From IMG/VR virus record IMGVR_UViG_3300009184_000001, positions 30,441 through 94,440 of that record: DNA of 64,000 bases; one strand, written 5' to 3'. Positions 26,017 through 35,764 of the stretch are shown one piece after another. Within the stretch, counting starts at the first letter, position 1; every line of letters begins with the position of its first letter. The DNA comes from a virus. The translations under genes and the position numbers were made by a program. The notes beneath the pieces are model-generated. The model was not told the origin of the DNA. It saw only the letters and a list, made by a program, of their open reading frames with translations, and made no database searches.

Positions 26017-26316
26017 ATGGCTTATATAAATAGGTCCCCGCATCATTTGCACTATGACCCATCAAATGATGAGTCAAAAAAATATGCTATGGAAAAAGCA
26101 AAACAATCATTCCTACAAGCATTAATAGATGGGCTTGAAACTAGGCAGTACACTTGGGAAGTTATAGGCGACCCAGACCTTGACCGTGTTCATCTAATCT
26201 CTTGTAAAAATGAGCAAGGAGCAAAAGAGTTTGCTAGCAAAGGGCTAGTAAATGGTGCATCACTTGGTGCACTAATTGAATCACGAGTGTTGAAGTTGGA
26301 GGATTTCAATGAGTAA
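26017..26316 (+). CDS. Hypothetical protein
   Basis: Start MAYINR after AAGGA. Confidence 0.55.
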   Translation: MAYINRSPHHLHYDPSNDESKKYAMEKAKQSFLQALIDGLETRQYTWEVIGDPDLDRVHLISCKNEQGAKEFASKGLVNGASLGALIESRVLKLEDFNE

Positions 26317-26475
26317 AAATATAGATATACCTAGAAAGCTATACTATCGCCTGATGTTCTGGCACCAGTTAGCCAAGTTTATATATATGCTACACCGTAA
26401 GGCTAAGTGGAGAGAAGACTTAGTTGGCATCAAAATCCATAACAACAATAACAAACAACTGAAAGAAGCAAGCAA

Positions 26476-26742
26476 ATGACACTAGCAGAACAATACCGTA
26501 ATGTAATCGCTGACCTAGAACAGGACATTGGTTATGAAGAGAGTGCACAAGAGACAGCACTTAGTGTGCTCAAAGGCAGACTACACGAGATAGAGAACGT
26601 GTTGCCTGACCTGTTCAACGAAGACATTGACAAGATGTTTAGTTGGATACCTGAAGTGTTTGAAGAGACACCTACCACTCAAATTGTCGATGAGTTGAAT
26701 GCTAGATTTAGTAAGTTCTCTCAAGAAGACGACAACAAATAA
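26476..26742 (+). CDS. Hypothetical acidic protein
   Basis: 88-aa ORF. Confidence 0.6.
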   Translation: MTLAEQYRNVIADLEQDIGYEESAQETALSVLKGRLHEIENVLPDLFNEDIDKMFSWIPEVFEETPTTQIVDELNARFSKFSQEDDNK

Positions 26743-26797
26743 GATTCTTTTAGCAATTCCGCTAACAGATAGCTATAACAAATAGAAAGGCACCACA

Positions 26798-27205
26798 ATG
26801 GCAGTAACAACAAGTATCCGAGTAGATACACAAGCAGCAAAGGCTAAACTTCAGGCTCGTCTTGACGACCACAAGAAAGCATTTGCTGCATACAATAAGG
26901 CAGTTGAAAAGTATGAAACTGACCTTGATAAATGGGCACTAAAGGTAATTAAGCACAAGGATGCTATTAAAGTATCTGTAGGTCACGGTAACTCAGTAGG
27001 TGTAGAAGTTCCTCAGTCTATGCGAGACAGTAAGCCAGTTCATCCAAGGGAGATTGACTTTGCTGGTATGTTGAACTACCGTAGTTCATACAACTCACCA
27101 AGTGATGTAGAGGCCATTGAGAATGCCTTAGGTATTCTTGGGATTGCTATTGATGCAACAATTAACGTCAATGCAATCAAAGGTGTTGGCTCATTCCTTA
27201 AGTAG
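26798..27205 (+). CDS. Hypothetical protein
   Basis: 135-aa ORF, AGAAAGG RBS. Confidence 0.7.
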   Translation: MAVTTSIRVDTQAAKAKLQARLDDHKKAFAAYNKAVEKYETDLDKWALKVIKHKDAIKVSVGHGNSVGVEVPQSMRDSKPVHPREIDFAGMLNYRSSYNSPSDVEAIENALGILGIAIDATINVNAIKGVGSFLK

Positions 27206-27272
27206 TATGTAAGGAAATGGCACTAGGAGCAGAGATGTTCCTAGTGTCTAACCTTTACATAAAGTAAAGGAC

Positions 27273-27420
27273 GTAGTGCCTGTCTAGAACCAAGAGCTAA
27301 GATGCAATAGGACAAAAAGCATCCACTAGCCCCATCAAAGTAAGGGAAATTCCCCCAAACGTGGACAGAGTCGATTAGGTTGTATGAGCATTTGTAACTC
27401 TAGAACTAGACAGGCACTAC
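27273..27420 (+). ncRNA. Candidate 148-nt rod-shaped RNA
   Basis: 15-bp perfect terminal helix GTAGTGCCTGTCTAG/CTAGACAGGCACTAC, further internal helices and a central bubble. Confidence 0.45.
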
Positions 27421-27823
27421 AAATTAAGAATTCTATGTAGCAATACATAGCATCTGGAGTGGGCGGCCAGTAAAAAGAAAACCCTATGTCGGTGCAAGAC
27501 CGAACTTCTATGCTGTGGCGAACATAGTCGGAGTTGCTGTGGTTTTAATAGTAGTTGAGTTAGCGATTGCTGAGTGCGTTACTACTGGTCATTGTCCACT
27601 TAGTTTGACTAAGAATAATACGTAAGACGAACTCACATCAAGCCCCCTGTTACACTGTCACACAATGAGTTTATATAACTAGTGCTGATGTAGCAGGGGG
27701 CTTGCTTATAACACAGAGCGGCTAGCCCGACACAAACACCTAGCCCATAAGTTTCCGTAGCAATACGGTTTGCTATTAGCAACCCCGCTAATAGCCAAAT
27801 ATATATAGAAAGGTTGATGTCCT

Positions 27824-28198
27824 ATGGATAACAACGTGCCTAAGATTACTCAAGATAATCTACCTAATGATAGCTATTTCATTGTAAGAATGTGTGTTCA
27901 TTGTCAGGATATTACAGACACTATAGCAGTACCATTTCATATGCCATTCCCTAGTGTACGAATTGCTAAAGCAATGATGCTAGGAATGATTGAAGATGCT
28001 ATAGATGACGACAAGTCAGTGAACTTTACTGATGGAGTTGTACACATGACAGATGATGAGGGTGAGCAACACAAGTACATTCAGGCTATCATCCACATCA
28101 CCAACAAGATTGTTTGGCGTCCAGGTGACGACGAGCAGATAGACTCTAAGTTCAACGACATCATTGGTGCTCTTGACTTAGATACCCCAACCGAATAG
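27824..28198 (+). CDS. Hypothetical protein
   Basis: 124-aa ORF, AGAAAGG RBS. Confidence 0.65.
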   Translation: MDNNVPKITQDNLPNDSYFIVRMCVHCQDITDTIAVPFHMPFPSVRIAKAMMLGMIEDAIDDDKSVNFTDGVVHMTDDEGEQHKYIQAIIHITNKIVWRPGDDEQIDSKFNDIIGALDLDTPTE

Positions 28199-28209
28199 AA
28201 AGGCAACAA

Positions 28210-29544
28210 ATGTACGCAGCTATGATGAAGTGCCAAACTTCTACAGGAGATGTACGCACAGTCGCAGTAGTTCCTACTACTGATGATGTACGTATCTTCT
28301 CACGATTAGGAGAGGGGCGTGGTCGTGCTGGTGCTTGGCTAGAAGGAGATGTACTCATTGAACAAAATGAGTTACTTATTGGAAGCCCAGTATCACTCAA
28401 GACTACTCCGTCAGAAGACAGAGTAATCAACTCTACTATCACACCGTCAATGTTCTTGGTGAAGTTAGGCAAGAAATTGCCTGAAAGCAGCACACCTAGT
28501 TCAACGTCAGCACTAGAAGAGTTTCAATCTCTACTAGAGCAGGCATTGAATGACCCAAGTTCATTGTCTGTATATGAGCAAGCAATTGTTCATACACAAG
28601 CCACACCACAGCCAGTGGTGCAACAGCAGGTAGCAAGCCCGTTGCCTGTTCAACCCGAGATGTCTAAGGAGACACCTATGGAATACTCACAACCCCTACC
28701 AGCATCAAGCAACAGCCACAGTGTATTGCTTGTGCCAGAAATCAAGCCACACTTCACTAGGACATTCGATGAACTAGACGAAGTAACTATCCTTGATTCA
28801 GCACGAGCAAGAAAAAAGACTGTGCTTATCACAGGTCCCGCTGGTACAGGCAAGACTAGTTGTGCTTACAACTATGCCGCAGTCAATCATCTACCATTCG
28901 TAGTTATTGAAGGCACACGACAGATTGACGAGACCAAGGTTCATGGTCGCTTCATTCCTACTGGTGTTGGTAACAGCACTGCTTGGAAGTACAGTCAGTT
29001 CGTTACTGCTATCCAGCAACCGTCAGTAATCCTTATCAACGAGTTGAGTCGTATGCCTGCCAAAGCAGCCGACTTGTTCCTTCGTGTACTCAATGAGCGA
29101 GAACTAATCATTGACCAACTCAATGAGGTTATCAAGGTGCACCCTGAGTGTCTGTTCATTGTAGACCAGAACACAGGTACTGGCTATGCTGTTACAGCAC
29201 AAGACAAGGCATTGCTTGACAGAATGCAACCTAAGATGGAGTTTGATTACGACATCAAGCTTGAGTCTAAGTTCATCAAGTCCGAGTCATTGCTGTTGTT
29301 TGCACAGTCTATTCGTGAAGCAGCGACTATGACTGACCAGTTCACAACACCTATGTCGCCTCGTATCCTGCTTGACTTCGTAGACAATGCTAAGCACCTC
29401 AACTTAGCATTCGCTGTGCGTTCATTGCTCAACAACTTCCCTAAGGATGATGGTGAGCGTGAAGCAGTCAAGATGACTCTAGACTCCAACATTGACGCTA
29501 TTGCGTCAGAGTTGGGTGTAGAACTAGGCAGTTACTCAGCCTAG
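28210..29544 (+). CDS. MoxR/CbbQ/CobS-like AAA+ ATPase
   Basis: GPAGTGKT Walker A, ILINELSR Walker B variant, D.ALLDR arginine finger, SPR. Confidence 0.88.
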   Translation: MYAAMMKCQTSTGDVRTVAVVPTTDDVRIFSRLGEGRGRAGAWLEGDVLIEQNELLIGSPVSLKTTPSEDRVINSTITPSMFLVKLGKKLPESSTPSSTSALEEFQSLLEQALNDPSSLSVYEQAIVHTQATPQPVVQQQVASPLPVQPEMSKETPMEYSQPLPASSNSHSVLLVPEIKPHFTRTFDELDEVTILDSARARKKTVLITGPAGTGKTSCAYNYAAVNHLPFVVIEGTRQIDETKVHGRFIPTGVGNSTAWKYSQFVTAIQQPSVILINELSRMPAKAADLFLRVLNERELIIDQLNEVIKVHPECLFIVDQNTGTGYAVTAQDKALLDRMQPKMEFDYDIKLESKFIKSESLLLFAQSIREAATMTDQFTTPMSPRILLDFVDNAKHLNLAFAVRSLLNNFPKDDGEREAVKMTLDSNIDAIASELGVELGSYSA

Positions 29545-29651
29545 TCCCTCAAGTCTTATGTAGCACAGTCGCGTTGGCTAGTCGGCTAGCCGACACAAAC
29601 ATCTAGCGTGACTGTGCTACCTAAGCACCAATACAATACAAGGAGAAATAT

Positions 29652-31589
29652 ATGCAAATAATACCTAACGGTTACAATCCCCTTGAACTTGACAGTGATA
29701 AATATATTGCTGTCAATACCGACGTTGAAGACCTGAATGCTGAGCGTGCTGAGCGTATGACGAGAGTCATATCTAAGTTCTCTAGTGCGATTACATCCCG
29801 GGTTGTCAATGTGTCTGTAGTAAATGACAAGCAGGTCAACCTGCCTAGTGCAGACGCTACAGCGTGGTCAGATGCTGAGAACATCTGGTTCAATATAGAC
29901 AAGTTAGGTGACCTCAATGACCCCGACACTGCGTTAGCAATCAAGGGTGTCAGTCTTCACGAATTAGGTCACATACAACTAACACCTCGTGCTGGTAGCA
30001 ATCTAGTCAAGTGGGTTCGCGGTAACAACTTTGAGCGTGCATTCAATATACTCGAAGACCAACGCACCGAGTTGTTCTTGTCTACTAAGTACAGTAACGT
30101 AAAGCACTGGTTCACAGCAGCAGTTACTAAGTATCTTATAGACAATCCACAAGCAATACCTAATGCGTTCCCACTCATACACGGTAGGTCATTCTTACCA
30201 GCAGAGTTGCGTCAAGCAATTCGTAGTGCGTATGCCAATCAATCTATAGCCAATCAGTTGGCTAGTATTATTGACAGGTACACAGTACTCAATCTATCTG
30301 ACAGTGTTAGTATCCCTATAGCACAGCAGTTGATTAGAGAGTTCCACGAGTTGATTGCTTCAACTGGTCAAGGTTGGTCAGATGTACCTAACCCAGACAA
30401 GAATGGCAGTGGCGCAATTATGAAGTCATCAGAGAAGTCTAAGCCTATGAACAAAGCAGGTCAAGACCGTATCATTGACAAGATAAACAAAGAGCGTGGC
30501 AATCAGCAGTCTAATCCTAGTGGTGACGAAGAGGGTGAAGAGTATGAGCCTAGTGACGAGCCTAGTGATGAGCCCGGTGAAGATGGTGAGGGTGAGTCTA
30601 GTGACGGTGATGCACCTAAGCAACATCAACTTCCACAGTCTGACGGTAACCCCGGCAAGCAAGCAGGCGAAGGTGTTGAAGGTGCTACTAACAACGTTAC
30701 ACAGGTAGCACAGAAACATCTCAACAATGCTAAGCAGATATTGCGTGAAGACCTACAAGATATGGTAGCCCAGTTCAATGGTGAGTCTTCACTTACTAGC
30801 AAGCATCAGAAAACACCAGAGCGTAGTTATTATGAGCGTGAGGTAGCTGTGCCTGTAGACGTTGTTACTCAAGTCAAGTCATTCGTTAATCAACTAGAAC
30901 TGATACGTGCTGAGCATGACCCAGGTTGGAAGCGTAGAGTTAGTGCTGGTAAGTTAAATGTTTATCGTTATATGACTGGTGCTGAGCCTGACGAAGTGTT
31001 TGACCTATGGGATGAGGGTCGTGAAGATGTTGTAGACATTGAGACCGTTGTCCTGCTAGATAACTCAGGCTCTATGGGTTGGACTATTGACTCAGCACAC
31101 GATTCTATGTGGGCTATCAAGCGTGCTATGGATAAGATAGGTGCTTCTACTACAGTAGTTACTTTTGCTGATGATGCTCGTATATTGTACGGTGCCAATC
31201 AAAAAGCCAAGGTTACTAAAGCGTATGTAGGCGTAGCAGGTGGTACTAATCCTAAGCAAGCCGTTGACTATGCTAAGTACATTCTTGCTAACAGTGAGCG
31301 TGCTATCAAGATACTTATCGTCATCACTGATGGTGAATGGTGGAACTCAGAAGAGCAAGATAGAATCATAAGTCAGATGCGTAAGGCTGGTGTTATTACA
31401 GCCCTAGGTTATATTGACCCTCGTGGTGCTTGGTCTGAAGAAAACAGGCAGAGGTTTGCTGATGATAGAAAACAGCAGGTCAATGGTCACGGTGCTGAGA
31501 TTGTTGTAGCGTTAGACAACGGCAACTCACTGCTAAATCTTGCCAAAGCATTGGTCAAGGCTGGCATCAAACGTAACTTATCTAAGTAA
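29652..31589 (+). CDS. VWA-domain protein (CobT-like partner of the AAA ATPase)
   Basis: N-terminal HELGH and N.LED.R.E; acidic linker; MIDAS LLDNSGSM, GGT, ITDG. Confidence 0.88.
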   Translation: MQIIPNGYNPLELDSDKYIAVNTDVEDLNAERAERMTRVISKFSSAITSRVVNVSVVNDKQVNLPSADATAWSDAENIWFNIDKLGDLNDPDTALAIKGVSLHELGHIQLTPRAGSNLVKWVRGNNFERAFNILEDQRTELFLSTKYSNVKHWFTAAVTKYLIDNPQAIPNAFPLIHGRSFLPAELRQAIRSAYANQSIANQLASIIDRYTVLNLSDSVSIPIAQQLIREFHELIASTGQGWSDVPNPDKNGSGAIMKSSEKSKPMNKAGQDRIIDKINKERGNQQSNPSGDEEGEEYEPSDEPSDEPGEDGEGESSDGDAPKQHQLPQSDGNPGKQAGEGVEGATNNVTQVAQKHLNNAKQILREDLQDMVAQFNGESSLTSKHQKTPERSYYEREVAVPVDVVTQVKSFVNQLELIRAEHDPGWKRRVSAGKLNVYRYMTGAEPDEVFDLWDEGREDVVDIETVVLLDNSGSMGWTIDSAHDSMWAIKRAMDKIGASTTVVTFADDARILYGANQKAKVTKAYVGVAGGTNPKQAVDYAKYILANSERAIKILIVITDGEWWNSEEQDRIISQMRKAGVITALGYIDPRGAWSEENRQRFADDRKQQVNGHGAEIVVALDNGNSLLNLAKALVKAGIKRNLSK

Positions 31590-31601
31590 GGAGATAATAG
31601 A

Positions 31602-32366
31602 ATGGGTTACTGGATTAATCATAATATAAGGGCTGAAGGTAGTAAGGAAGATATAGAAGCGTTAGCATCTAAACTTACTCAACGTCGCCCTAAGTCATTG
31701 AATGATGAAGGAGATATAGTATGGAGTGAAGAAGAGTTTTCATTTTATAATATAATCTCTCCACCGGAAGAGATGATAAAGTCTGGAGAATGGTGGGAAG
31801 AAGAGGGCAATCAATGGAAACAACAACACTGGCAATGTTATGATGCACCTGCTGAAGAGTTTGATGTGTTTACGCCTTTTGGAAGTAATAACAGTAATAC
31901 ACGTATGCTTACCATACGTATTGATACTAAATACGATTGGCCAGTAGATATATTCCATGAGTTAATACGTCAATATCCTTCCATAAAATTTAGTATATGG
32001 TCTGAAGGTGAAGAGTCTGAAGCAATTCATATTACAGGTGTTCAAGGCTCATATAGTCAAGTAGACTATCCATCACCTAACTCTCACGCTGACTGGGAAA
32101 GCCGTGGTGATATAGATAGTTGTTGGTGTGGTAGTTATGATAACCCTGATGACTGGTATGAAGACTGCCCTAGAGATGACCCTAAAACATACAAGGTAGT
32201 AGTAACACATACCCATTATGTCAAAGCACTTTCTATGAAGGATGCTGCACTTGCAGTAGAAGCATACGATAATAACTTTAATATGCCAGAGGATACAGAG
32301 ATGGTTAAATATAGTATCATACCTAATGTACTTGCTGAACTAGTAGATAAAGAGGAGGTGAAATAA
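31602..32366 (+). CDS. YubB/DUF1281-like ferredoxin-fold protein
   Basis: W..H.I..EG N-terminus, FSF..I..PP, W...HW, DT...P..IF..L...YP...F. Confidence 0.55.
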   Translation: MGYWINHNIRAEGSKEDIEALASKLTQRRPKSLNDEGDIVWSEEEFSFYNIISPPEEMIKSGEWWEEEGNQWKQQHWQCYDAPAEEFDVFTPFGSNNSNTRMLTIRIDTKYDWPVDIFHELIRQYPSIKFSIWSEGEESEAIHITGVQGSYSQVDYPSPNSHADWESRGDIDSCWCGSYDNPDDWYEDCPRDDPKTYKVVVTHTHYVKALSMKDAALAVEAYDNNFNMPEDTEMVKYSIIPNVLAELVDKEEVK

Positions 32367-32558
32367 ATGATAGAAGATGAAAAAGAAGCAATGGCTGTTG
32401 TCCGTGCGTTACTTACAGCACGAACAATATATAGCAAAATGGTTTCTGATGCTTCAGAGGTGCTTGATAAAGAAGACATCGATAGAGCAACAGAAGACAC
32501 AGAAATACTTACTAAAGTAATTGTCAAATTATTAGGTAAAGACCCAGACGTACAGTAG
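32367..32558 (+). CDS. Hypothetical protein
   Basis: GGAGG RBS. Confidence 0.55.
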   Translation: MIEDEKEAMAVVRALLTARTIYSKMVSDASEVLDKEDIDRATEDTEILTKVIVKLLGKDPDVQ

Positions 32559-32628
32559 TATATACACAGGCTGACCTAGTCGGTAGTGGGCTAGGTCAGC
32601 CCAACACAAACAAACTAAGGAGCAACAA

Positions 32629-32994
32629 ATGGAAAAAGTACTAAGCATTACAACTGACAACTCAGTTGAGATAAAAGAAGTAGACAGCATTGAATACGAA
32701 ACATTATATGAAGCAGTCAATGGTTTAGTTGAGTTAGTTAGTATCAACGAAGACATTGATATGTGGTTAAACGAAGAAGGTAAACTGATTGGTCTTGAAC
32801 CTAATGTTCTAGCAACCCTATTGTTTAACAAGGCGTTTAGTCAAAAGGATGTTATTATGGGCAACATCATTATTACAGGTGGAGCAGATGACGAAGGTAA
32901 CACAGTAGGGCTATCAGATGCATCAATTATAGATATCTTTGCTATGCTACAAGACGCCATCGACGAAGCAGTTAACTACACAGACAATGACTGA
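32629..32994 (+). CDS. DUF3846-like protein
   Basis: L..AV.G.VE.V....DMW.NEEGKL.GL..N..AT...D.I.G...ITG. Confidence 0.75.
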   Translation: MEKVLSITTDNSVEIKEVDSIEYETLYEAVNGLVELVSINEDIDMWLNEEGKLIGLEPNVLATLLFNKAFSQKDVIMGNIIITGGADDEGNTVGLSDASIIDIFAMLQDAIDEAVNYTDND

Positions 32995-33454
32995 TGTAGA
33001 TACAACAAGGGTGTGCGGTTATTGCTATACCAAAAACCACGATAGATGTCGTCCAGTAATTAAATGGTATGACAAAGAGTGGTATTGCTATTGTAAATGC
33101 CAAACTAAAGAAGGAGAAACAAATGAACACGATATACTGCCCGAGCTGTGATGAGCCTACAACTCAATCAGCACTAGACAAATGGGAAATGTGTTACAAC
33201 TGCGAAAAGCAAATGTGTCCAGAGTGTAGTCAACCATTCTGTGACCACGACCAGTAAAGGGAAACAAATGAGTAATGATTATATGGAGCCAACCACTTGT
33301 GATTGGTGTAGCAAAGTATATGAACTATCGGAAGGTGGGTATACAATGGGGGATAAGTTATGCCCTGAATGTGTAAACACAATGGAAGAAACGAGATACG
33401 AATGAAGTGTGAACATAACCTAGTACATATTTACAAAAGACATGAGTGTGATGG

Positions 33455-33694
33455 GTGTTGTGCTCAAGTTATATTAAAGGAGGGAAAATGAGTGTAATAG
33501 AACGTAGTAAACGATTGGTAGTAAGGCGTCACTGGTACCACAAAGGACAACAAGCTGAGCAAGCAAGAGTTGTTGAACTACTCAGCAACATTGCGTGGAC
33601 ATCAATAGCAAAAACAAATGATGACTCTCGTATGGTAAGTACTAACGACATCATCAAACTAATACAAGGAGAAACAGATGAAATATCAAGTTGA
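33455..33694 (+). CDS. Hypothetical protein (EQ.R.I.LL family)
   Basis: Likely start MSVIER after GGAGG. Confidence 0.5.
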   Translation: MLCSSYIKGGKMSVIERSKRLVVRRHWYHKGQQAEQARVVELLSNIAWTSIAKTNDDSRMVSTNDIIKLIQGETDEISS

Positions 33695-33837
33695 ATTAAA
33701 TATAACTCTTGAATATGAAATGGATGACTCTGGTAGAACTACTGAACAAATTGCAGAGCAGATACTAGAAAACATTTGTTGGAGCTATCAACCAGCAACA
33801 GGCAAAGTAATAAACATAACTAAACTAGGAGAAACAA

Positions 33838-34020
33838 ATGGCTGAAAAATATGTAAAGCATCTTACTAATGATGAACTGTTAGAACGTATGGCAGAAGAG
33901 TTAGTAGCAACTCACAGAGACACAGGTATTGACTTGGGTTATTGGGAGACTGCAAGAGAGATTGTAGAAAGGTTCTACGATGTTAAGATACACTTATCAA
34001 TTAGTAAAAAGGAGCAATAA
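33838..34020 (+). CDS. Hypothetical protein
   Basis: AGGAG RBS. Confidence 0.55.
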   Translation: MAEKYVKHLTNDELLERMAEELVATHRDTGIDLGYWETAREIVERFYDVKIHLSISKKEQ

Positions 34021-34152
34021 ATGAGTAATGTATGGCAATCAACACTAACTAAAGATATGGTATCTCATCTTAATGATGATACAATCGCAGAGATTGTAGA
34101 AATGTTGGATGATGCCGTAGCAAATATCTGTGAGGAGTACGACATTGAGTAA
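34021..34152 (+). CDS. Small acidic protein, 43 aa
   Basis: Manual translation MSNVWQSTLTKDMVSHL...; AAGGAG RBS. Confidence 0.55.
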   Translation: MSNVWQSTLTKDMVSHLNDDTIAEIVEMLDDAVANICEEYDIE

Positions 34153-34324
34153 AACAATATGGAGAATATACGTAGACTATGGTTCAGGCTATGGATGGGT
34201 ACCAGTTAACTGGGCTCCTACGTTTGATACAAAAGAAGAAGCACACGAATGGATTAATGATGACCATGATTGGGAGTCACCAGTAACAGCACATGAAGAG
34301 GAAGTAGAAGAAGATGAAGACTAG
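34130..34324 (+). CDS. Small protein, paralogue 1 (WAPTFDTK motif)
   Basis: GW....WAPTFDTK.EA..WIND. Confidence 0.6.
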   Translation: MRSTTLSKTIWRIYVDYGSGYGWVPVNWAPTFDTKEEAHEWINDDHDWESPVTAHEEEVEEDED

Positions 34325-34481
34325 GTATATGATACAAGAACGTTTTCCAGGAGAAGGCTGGCAACTTGCTCACTGGGCACCAACGTTTGATACTAAGCAA
34401 GAGGCACTAGACTGGATTAATGACCCAGAGAAAACGTGGGAGACACACGCTTCAGTACTTGAAATACAAGTAGAAGAATAA
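34314..34481 (+). CDS. Small protein, paralogue 2 (WAPTFDTK motif), 55 aa
   Basis: Manual translation MKTRYMIQERFPGEGWQLAHWAPTFDTKQEALDWIND... Confidence 0.6.
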   Translation: MKTRYMIQERFPGEGWQLAHWAPTFDTKQEALDWINDPEKTWETHASVLEIQVEE

Positions 34482-34486
34482 AAAGA

Positions 34487-34699
34487 ATGGATGAGCAACA
34501 CATGAGAAAAGCAATGGAAACACTACTACTCGATAAAGAAAATGTTGAGACGTTTATCGATGAAACACTAGCCCACAGGTTAACTGATGCTGAGTGGGAA
34601 GATATCTGTGACGCTATTGATAACAGCATAGCAGAGTACCTTGATATGGAACTATGGCATATCGTGGAAGATTACAAAGCAAGTAAAGGAATCAATTAA
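34487..34699 (+). CDS. Small acidic protein
   Basis: 70-aa ORF. Confidence 0.55.
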   Translation: MDEQHMRKAMETLLLDKENVETFIDETLAHRLTDAEWEDICDAIDNSIAEYLDMELWHIVEDYKASKGIN

Positions 34700-34856
34700 T
34701 GCCTGTATATCAATTACAAGTTGCAACTATTGTTGAGTTCTATGCTGAGAACGAAGACATTGCAATAGATATGGTCGATAAAATAACCGACAATATCGTG
34801 GAATCAAACGTGTATCCAACTATGGCACACGTAGTTAAACGAATCGAGGTAGATTA

Positions 34857-35024
34857 ATGGAACAGCACGAACTAGGTGAGGTCGTATGGAAGATGAACTT
34901 ACGTGAATTACAAGTCAACCATATGGATGAACTAGAACTACACCTCTTCTATAATTCTTTAGAAGATGCAATTAATGATGTACTAACAAACTATGAAGTG
35001 GAGCTAACCTTTGGAGACGAATGA
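34857..35024 (+). CDS. Small acidic protein, 55 aa
   Basis: Manual translation MEQHELGEVVWKMNLRE...; GAGG RBS. Confidence 0.5.
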   Translation: MEQHELGEVVWKMNLRELQVNHMDELELHLFYNSLEDAINDVLTNYEVELTFGDE

Positions 35025-35539
35025 TGGAACAACCCGTAGTGGTGACTACCATTTAGGGGCACAACATGAACAAGAAAGAATCATTGAGTATTTACTCAAG
35101 ATGAATGTCCTACGTGAAGCAATGTTTTACGAAGGATGGGTAGCAATGGATGTCGATGGCAATAGTGGCGTTGACCTAGATATTAAGTTAGGAGGGATGT
35201 AATGAGTAAAATCAAGTTATCAATAGATACTGTAGATAGTATTGTTGACTACATAATGATGTTGGAATCAAGAGTACCAGCTGAAAATATGTTCGACAAA
35301 ACTAAAGACCAGTCAGAAGCAATTGCTGATATGTTAATCAAACTTGCAGATGCAAGGGACAGGGAAGACGACTAGTGGAAGAAGAGTTTGACGAACTGTT
35401 AGATGAAATGTATGAGCCCTATGAAATTGTAGGGCTCATACTATCCCCCTCTAAAATACTAAAAGAGTGTGACCCTGTAGCCTATCGTCTTACATTTAAC
35501 GACTGGCTTAGCCTAAATGAAGAAGAAGGAGAGTAAACA

Positions 35540-35764
35540 ATGGAACAACTACATGGGTATGACGCGTGGCTAGAAGCGCCCTACACAAACCAATCTGAAG
35601 CTTGTGAACACGAGTGTGATGAATGCGGTGGTGTAGGAACGCTTGATGATGTCAAGTGTGATTACTGTGATGGTCGTGGTGAGTGTGAAGGTGACTGTGA
35701 ACCACCAGAACCACCAGAGCCAGACTATGATTGGGAACCTGACTACGGGCCTGAAGATGAATAA
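35540..35764 (+). CDS. DnaJ-type CxxCxGxG zinc-finger protein
   Basis: CDECGGVG and CDYCDGRG. Confidence 0.7.
   Translation: MEQLHGYDAWLEAPYTNQSEACEHECDECGGVGTLDDVKCDYCDGRGECEGDCEPPEPPEPDYDWEPDYGPEDE

Noticed and set aside
27206-27815. RNase P RNA, group I/II intron or GOLLD-type RNA
   Set aside because: I could not find their conserved core sequences; only generic helices are supported
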